Part shown: positions 58,168 through 64,000 of the stretch, piece by piece
How the letters are laid out: each line of letters opens with the position of its first letter
Numbering within the stretch: position 1 is the first letter of the stretch
Assembly (NCBI GenBank): GCA_041664365.1
Contig: JBAYKW010000006.1
Span: 7,286 to 71,285 of the forward strand
DNA length: 64,000 nt
DNA from: Patescibacteria group bacterium
Lineage (GTDB): Bacteria; Patescibacteriota; Patescibacteriia; UM-FILTER-42-10
Direction of reading: 5' to 3'
Notes under the pieces: model-generated
Told to the model about the DNA's origin: nothing
The model's database searches: none
The model's input: the letters and a program-made list of their open reading frames with translations, nothing else
Program-made: the position numbers and the translations under genes

Positions 58168-58650
58168 TTATGCCTTAGTTTTATTATCTATTGCAGAAAT
58201 CAGCCGGGGGATTGACTGATTAATATAATCAACTATTTCAATCATTCTGCCGGGGATTTTTTCATCTGTGCCGGGCGGGGAAATCCGGATGGAAGATTTT
58301 TCATTATTGCACAGTTCATTGAAAAGCGGGGCAGTAACATTAAAATATTTTTTTAAATATTCCTGGTGGTTATCAGCCATCGCGATTACAACATCTCTTT
58401 TATCAAGTAGTCCTTTAGTCACTTGAGTTCTCTTGTGTCCAGATGTATCAATTCCCATTTCCATTAGTTTTTTCAAATGCTCCTGACTAAAAAAACTGGT
58501 ATTGCTGTCTGCGTCTGTTCCGCAGGAAGATACTTCAATATCAAACCGGTTGTTTTTGGACAGCCAGTCTTTCAGCAAGTATTCGGCAATCAGGCTCCGG
58601 CCGAAATTATCACTGCACACAAATAATACTTTTATTGTCTTATCTTTCAT
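58168..58650 (-). CDS. Low-molecular-weight phosphatase family protein
   Basis: VLFVCSDNFGRS P-loop. Confidence 0.85.
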   Translation of the reverse strand: MKDKTIKVLFVCSDNFGRSLIAEYLLKDWLSKNNRFDIEVSSCGTDADSNTSFFSQEHLKKLMEMGIDTSGHKRTQVTKGLLDKRDVVIAMADNHQEYLKKYFNVTAPLFNELCNNEKSSIRISPPGTDEKIPGRMIEIVDYINQSIPRLISAIDNKTKA

Positions 58651-59057
58651 GACGATAGATTATTTTCAACGAGATTTTTTATCTGGTCTCTTATTTTTCG
58701 ATGAAATGCTAAGTCAGTACCCGCTGCATCTTCAATATCCCAAAAAGTCACTTTTCCTGAGCCAAGCAGGTAATCAGGTAGATTTCCCTTTTCATCCATA
58801 ACAATTATTTTATTAGCCACTTTTGCCAGTTCAGGCGTTAATTGCTTTCTGGTTTGTTTTGACAAATCAAATCCAACTTCACGCATTACATCTATTACAT
58901 ATTCATGAATGATTGTACCAGCCCGTTGGCCCACCTGGCTACCGGCATCCATAACGAATAATTCCGGCTTTATTTTTTTCAAAAAAGCGGCGGCCATTTG
59001 ACTCCGGCCGGTATTTGATTTGCAAATGAATAATACTTTTATTGTCTTATCTTTCAT
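58647..59057 (-). CDS. LMW phosphatase / ArsC-like protein
   Basis: VLFICKSNTGRSQMA, WDIEDA, IRDQI. Confidence 0.85.
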   Translation of the reverse strand: MKDKTIKVLFICKSNTGRSQMAAAFLKKIKPELFVMDAGSQVGQRAGTIIHEYVIDVMREVGFDLSKQTRKQLTPELAKVANKIIVMDEKGNLPDYLLGSGKVTFWDIEDAAGTDLAFHRKIRDQIKNLVENNLSS

Positions 59058-59297
59058 AATTACAAACGTATATATAATGTAATAGTAACATTATAGAATT
59101 ACAGTGGCAATTGAGGAAACAGCTTTTTTTAAAGCTGTTTTCTCTGCATCAGTGGTGTTGTGTGATGTCGAATTTTCTTAAGACAAGATTATTATTTAGG
59201 GGAATTTTTTGGGCTAATCTAGTGGTTGACAAGATTATATACTTATGATACACTACTCCGTTGACCAAAAAAAATGGTCAACTCATCAGGCCCTTGC

Positions 59298-59791
59298 GTA
59301 AAACAAGAAGGGAAGAAATGGAAAAAACGCTGACTTTCCAAAACAGCTTGTTCTGGAACAAGCTGGGTAAGTACCAGGTGCTAGCGGTTGTTTTGGTCTT
59401 GGCTGTTTTCTTCATCACCTTGCAAGTTGGTGATAAGGAGAGGGCCTTCACCGCCTGCGCCATTGCCGCTTTAGCCTTCACCGTCTTTGCCTTATTTTTC
59501 GCAGGCACCTTTGCGGCATTCGCGGCTTTCAGCAGCGCCGCCTGTGCCCCCTTCATATGCGCCGTCTACTTTGCCGTCTATCCCTGTGCCCCTCTCCTCA
59601 GTGCCGAATTCCGCGCCCGCGGCATCTTCGTCTTCAGCGCTCTCATAGCCTTCGTTTCCTTCATCGCCGACGTCATAGTCTGTGCTGATGGCATGGAGCG
59701 GTATAATGAAGCCAGAAAGGAAGCCGTTTGGCTTTCTTTGATAACGGAGTCAGTAGTCGTTCTTCTTCTTCTCATGTTGCTGGCACACTAG
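59298..59791 (+). CDS. Ala/Phe-rich polytopic membrane protein
   Basis: Start MEKTLTF; GC-rich; own TTGACA promoter at ~59226. Confidence 0.7.
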
Positions 59792-60262
59792 CTGGCAACA
59801 CCCCCAAGAGATCCGGGTCAGAATAGGATCTTTTTTATATATTAAATTTTTTCGCTAAAAGGAAAATTCGATTTTATACAACAGACAAGCGTATGCGACG
59901 TTGGGAGTGAACAGGGTGGTAATACAGCAATGAAGATTATATAAATTCTCTGTTTTTGCGAAGTTTTTTAAGAAATTTGATGACCTAAATCCTTATTTTT
60001 TAATACCCTTATATTTTTTACCTTTTTCTAATTGATTGGCAATCCTCAGATTTTTTGCTAATTCGTTAATCATTTTATTTAAGCTGATCTGAATTTTTTG
60101 TATTGCCTCAATATCCCTTTTTGCCATCTGCAAATAATTTGGTTTTTTTGTAGTCTTTTTCATAGTCACATTGTTAACTGATTAAAATACTAAAATATTT
60201 CTCAAATATTTAATACAAATTACGCTCCAGTTCGGCAATAAATATTTCTAACCTTTTACAAT

Positions 60263-60676
60263 TTATTCGCGTTTATTCAATTCGTCTGCTAAAGCCTGTT
60301 CAAGCTCACCTAATTTCCAAGCGAGTGTTCCGCTAGGATTTTCTTTTGGGTTTGCAGCAGGGTTTTTGAATTCGAAATCGGTGCTTTCTAAAATTCTATC
60401 TATCCTTGCCATCTCAACCGCATCTGTTCTTCTGCCTTGCTCCTGAAAGAATCTAGCCAAGTTCTCTAATATATTCTGTTTAGCAACTGGCCAAGTCGCA
60501 TTAATATCTCTATCATGGAGTACATGAAAAAGTTCTCTAGGCCGCACTCTAAAGAAAAAGAAAACGCTCTTTTTTTCTTGATCTGGCGACTTTGTCTCTT
60601 CCTGCTCTGGCTCTGGAGTATTTTGATCAGGTGGCTTTTGACCGGGTATGACCATACCACTTTCTGATGGGCTCAT
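60263..60676 (-). CDS. Hypothetical protein
   Basis: ORF track only. Confidence 0.55.
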   Translation of the reverse strand: MSPSESGMVIPGQKPPDQNTPEPEQEETKSPDQEKKSVFFFFRVRPRELFHVLHDRDINATWPVAKQNILENLARFFQEQGRRTDAVEMARIDRILESTDFEFKNPAANPKENPSGTLAWKLGELEQALADELNKRE

Positions 60677-60811
60677 AAATTTTTTGTTAATATTAAACTC
60701 ATTTATATTTTATCACAAATAAAGATCAGCTTTCGACGTTTCTAAGATTTTATCTGCTCGAAAACGAATATTTCTCTCATCACTCTTTGATCCGGGCTAG
60801 GATTATAAATT

Positions 60812-61417
60812 TTATGGATTGCGAAGTTTTTGTACCCAATCCAGTCTTTTCCTGGTTTCGTTTTCTTTTTGCGCTTTTTTATCTTCCATTCTTTTTTTAA
60901 TTGTGCCTGGTGTCGGTGCTAATATTCCCAGTGGATCTTTTTTACTGGCACTTAGAGTTTCTATTTCGGTATCAATTCTATTTTCCTCTTTTGTTTTAAT
61001 ATTATCAAGATAAAGAGCAATGCTATCATAATTTGTACCACTATCAAGATTATCAAGTAAAGATTTCAATTCATCAAATTCACGTTGTGTTTTTTGCATT
61101 ACAATTTCAGCGACACCGGGAACTTTAAATTTTTCAGCCAGTTCACTAGTTCCCGGTTGCAAAGTTCTTGGTCTTGGGATTTCCCCCTTTTGCCGAGGTT
61201 TAGTCAATTCAAATGCATCATTTTGTAAATTAATATCCTGTAGTAGGGAGGTTAATTTATCTGTAAGTTCTTGGCGAATTTCAGTTTTTGTTGTTAATGG
61301 CAGTTCAGGAACAACACTTTCAATTTCTGGACTTATTGTTTCTGTAATTTGTGTTTCTTCTTCTGGTGGGGTGTCATGGTTACCAGTATTTGCTCTATTG
61401 AATCCAATTTCTCTCAT
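60812..61417 (-). CDS. Hypothetical coiled-coil protein
   Basis: ORF track only. Confidence 0.55.
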   Translation of the reverse strand: MREIGFNRANTGNHDTPPEEETQITETISPEIESVVPELPLTTKTEIRQELTDKLTSLLQDINLQNDAFELTKPRQKGEIPRPRTLQPGTSELAEKFKVPGVAEIVMQKTQREFDELKSLLDNLDSGTNYDSIALYLDNIKTKEENRIDTEIETLSASKKDPLGILAPTPGTIKKRMEDKKAQKENETRKRLDWVQKLRNP

Positions 61418-61436
61418 AGTTTTTATATTAATAATA

Positions 61437-62666
61437 TTATCTAGCTAGTTCAAACACAAATATTTCCCGCATTACTTTCTGGTCCGGGCGGGAATACAGA
61501 TATCCACCCCGGGAGCTTGCGTCGGTGTACTTTTTTATTTGAAAACCCAGCTTGCTGATTTCTTCCAGGATCGGCAGATAATATTCTTTATTATCTTTCC
61601 TCATCACCGGGAAAATGATTACAATTTTTCCATCCTCTTTGATCAAGTTTCGAAAATTACGGAAGGATTCTATATAGAGTTTCGACAGTTCTTTGATATT
61701 TTCCTCGAGTTGCATTACTGATTCACTGCCCCGAAGCGGTGGTCCAAGGAAAGGTTCGGCTACAATCGCATCTATTTTGGTTTTTAATATTTTTGGCAAT
61801 TCGCGTATGTCGCTTTGGAATACTTGGTAATTTTTTTCGGATAAATTTAATTCCGATGCAACCCATTTTAAATTATTAGTGGTATCGCTGATTGCTCTGG
61901 GGCTGATGTCGGAGCCGATTACTTTTTTTATGCCCAAAAGGAGAGCCTCTTGCAAAATTGTGCCCGATCCGCAGAAAGGATCCAGTAGTATCCCGTCCGG
62001 TTTAATTTGTGACAGGTTCACCATGATTCGGGCGACCTTCGGTGGGAGCATGCCGGAACGCGGGTCGGCGCTCGGCCGGCCGTAATCGAATTTGCCGAAA
62101 GATTTGTAATCCTGTACGGCGATGGTTTTACCGATCAATATTTTGTCTTTTTCAAAAAAGATACAGAGATCTGCTCCGCGCTCGATCAGTTTGTTTTCGC
62201 CGACGATTACCGAGGAAAGTGTCTTGTCTTTGGCCGTCACGAAGCGGGCATTATGACCTTTTCTTTTCAGCCCCATCTTGATCTGAATACCGTTCCTGGT
62301 TACGTCTTTTTCAAAAGAGTTGGAATATGTTCCACCGGTTTTATACAGACTGAAACCGAACGTTATTTTCTGGTCGGTCTGTGGGAGGTATTTGTCGATT
62401 AACCGGTCAACAGTCAAAGTTTTGAAAATTTGTTTATTCCCTTCTGCTTCGTCGATAATTTTTCCGATTTTGATTGTTCCGCCTAAGCGGTCCATCAAAT
62501 CTTTCATCTGAAATCCGTCATCGCCGAATATTTTAAAATCCAAAAAAAGGACATCATCAATCTGGCCAGTGATCCTGTACTCACCGGGCAATGTCGGTAA
62601 TATTGACTCGATCTCCGCCCGTGAAAGACGTGGGGAACGGCCAAGAATAAAGAAATATTTGTGCAT
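61437..62666 (-). CDS. Trm11/UPF0020-like RNA methyltransferase
   Basis: GMLPPKVARIMVNL, LDPFCGSGTILQEA, GSDIS, AEPFLGP. Confidence 0.85.
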   Translation of the reverse strand: MHKYFFILGRSPRLSRAEIESILPTLPGEYRITGQIDDVLFLDFKIFGDDGFQMKDLMDRLGGTIKIGKIIDEAEGNKQIFKTLTVDRLIDKYLPQTDQKITFGFSLYKTGGTYSNSFEKDVTRNGIQIKMGLKRKGHNARFVTAKDKTLSSVIVGENKLIERGADLCIFFEKDKILIGKTIAVQDYKSFGKFDYGRPSADPRSGMLPPKVARIMVNLSQIKPDGILLDPFCGSGTILQEALLLGIKKVIGSDISPRAISDTTNNLKWVASELNLSEKNYQVFQSDIRELPKILKTKIDAIVAEPFLGPPLRGSESVMQLEENIKELSKLYIESFRNFRNLIKEDGKIVIIFPVMRKDNKEYYLPILEEISKLGFQIKKYTDASSRGGYLYSRPDQKVMREIFVFELAR

Positions 62667-62776
62667 ATCTGTATTATAGGACACATGTTGTTAATGGCAA
62701 ACCCCCATATGCTTGACCTTAGATCAAAATGCCTGTATACTGTTATCCATTGATTAAATTTTAATAATATTCCAGT

Positions 62777-64000
62777 ATGTCCGATTCAATCGTCGTAAAA
62801 GGCGCGCGCGTTAATAATCTGAAGAATATCGATATTACCATTCCCCGCGATCAGCTGGTCGTAATAACGGGGCTTTCTGGTTCCGGTAAATCTTCTCTGG
62901 CCTTTGATACGATTTATGCTGAAGGACAACGTCGTTATGTCGAAAGTCTGTCCGCCTATGCCAGGCAGTTTTTGGGTTTAATGGATAAGCCTGACGTGGA
63001 TCAGATCACCGGGCTTTCTCCTGCTATTTCCATCGATCAGAAAACAGCATCACACAATCCGAGATCAACGGTCGGAACGGTAACAGAAATTTATGATTAC
63101 CTCCGTTTACTTTACGCTCGTGCCGGCGTTCCCCATTGTCCAAAGTGCGGTAGGCTTGTAGTGAAGCAGAATGTTGATCAGATTGTTGAACATGTCCTGG
63201 ACCTGCCGGCAAACACCAAAATCATGATCATGGCGCCGGTAATCAAAGATAAAAAGGGTGAACATAAGAAAACTCTGGAAGAGATCAGGAAGGTGGGTTA
63301 TGTCCGGGTGCGTTTGGACGGAGAGATTTACAGCATAGAAGAAGCGGAAGATTTGGATATTGATAAACAAAAAAAACATAACCTGGATGTGGTGGTGGAC
63401 CGCCTAGAGATGAACGCTTCCTTAAAAAAAGACCGGGCCCGTATTTCCGAATCGGTGGAAACCGCTTTGGATCTGGGTAACGGTGTCCTTTTGATTTCAT
63501 TTGCTGATGAGAAAAAAGAAGATCTGATTTTCAGCCAGTATTTCGCCTGTGAAAATTGCGGTATTAATCTTTCCGAAATTGAACCGCGCAATTTTTCATT
63601 CAACAGCCCGCATGGCGCGTGTCCGGCCTGTACCGGACTCGGAACCAAACTGGATGTGGACCAAAATCTGATCATCCCCAATAAAAAACTATCAATCGCC
63701 GAGGGTGCTATCCGGCCCTGGAGCAGAACGTCCTCCAGTCAGACCTGGATGCACAGAATTCTGGAAGCCGTTGCCCATGAAAATAATTTTTCCATCAATG
63801 TTCCGGTCAAAGACATGAAAAAAGAGCATATGGATATTGTTTTATACGGTACCGGCAATAAGGGTTATGATGTGAATAATGACTATGGCACCGGTAAGGT
63901 GAAAGAATTTTGGACAACCTATGAAGGTGTGATTCCGAATCTGGAGCGGAGGTACAAAGAAACGGAATCGGATTACATGCGCTCCGAGATAGAAAGATAC
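62777..64000 (+). CDS. uvrA: Excinuclease ABC subunit A (partial, runs off the window)
   Basis: Hand-read MSDSIVVKGARVNNLKNI...TGLSGSGKSSLAFDTIYAEGQRRYVESLS. Confidence 0.97.
   Translation, partial: MSDSIVVKGARVNNLKNIDITIPRDQLVVITGLSGSGKSSLAFDTIYAEGQRRYVESLSAYARQFLGLMDKPDVDQITGLSPAISIDQKTASHNPRSTVGTVTEIYDYLRLLYARAGVPHCPKCGRLVVKQNVDQIVEHVLDLPANTKIMIMAPVIKDKKGEHKKTLEEIRKVGYVRVRLDGEIYSIEEAEDLDIDKQKKHNLDVVVDRLEMNASLKKDRARISESVETALDLGNGVLLISFADEKKEDLIFSQYFACENCGINLSEIEPRNFSFNSPHGACPACTGLGTKLDVDQNLIIPNKKLSIAEGAIRPWSRTSSSQTWMHRILEAVAHENNFSINVPVKDMKKEHMDIVLYGTGNKGYDVNNDYGTGKVKEFWTTYEGVIPNLERRYKETESDYMRSEIERY

Noticed and set aside
59298-59791. Diversity-generating retroelement
   Set aside because: No reverse transcriptase or TR/VR pair in the window
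59993-60163. 56-aa Lys-rich minus-strand ORF
   Set aside because: No motif, SD or paralog; could be chance in AT-rich DNA

Overview
64-kb chromosomal segment of a low-to-moderate GC bacterium. Gene content (ftsK-rodZ-like-recA, efp/rpsR/ssb/rpsF, uvrC, pcrA, secG, rnj, trpS, murI, glyA, folD, ychF, uvrA), SD-poor housekeeping genes, Asn-rich secreted proteins and the repeat types suggest a Patescibacteria/CPR genome (inference). Two accessory tracts (about 6.3-26.8 kb and 50-61.4 kb) hold a Dcm + GHKL-ATPase/HEPN candidate defence pair, Fic, MerR, PadR and MazG-like genes. They also hold many GC-rich orphan minigenes, often paralogous, with their own consensus promoters, SD sequences and terminators. 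The most unusual signals are five. (1) A nested tRNA-Leu(CAG) locus at 33375-33888, where a complete tRNA lies inside an insertion in the anticodon of a second, split tRNA. (2) Several families of 30-60 bp palindromic mini-elements, seen as filled and empty site pairs, that insert into hairpin loops, the tRNA and sigma70 -35 boxes, with no transposase recognised in the window. (3) Tandem ACP-like proteins lacking the phosphopantetheine motif. (4) Diverged membrane-protein paralogs wrapped in near-identical structured leader and trailer sequences. (5) The MTase + GHKL-HEPN pair. All calls come from reading the sequence by eye; no database searches were run.
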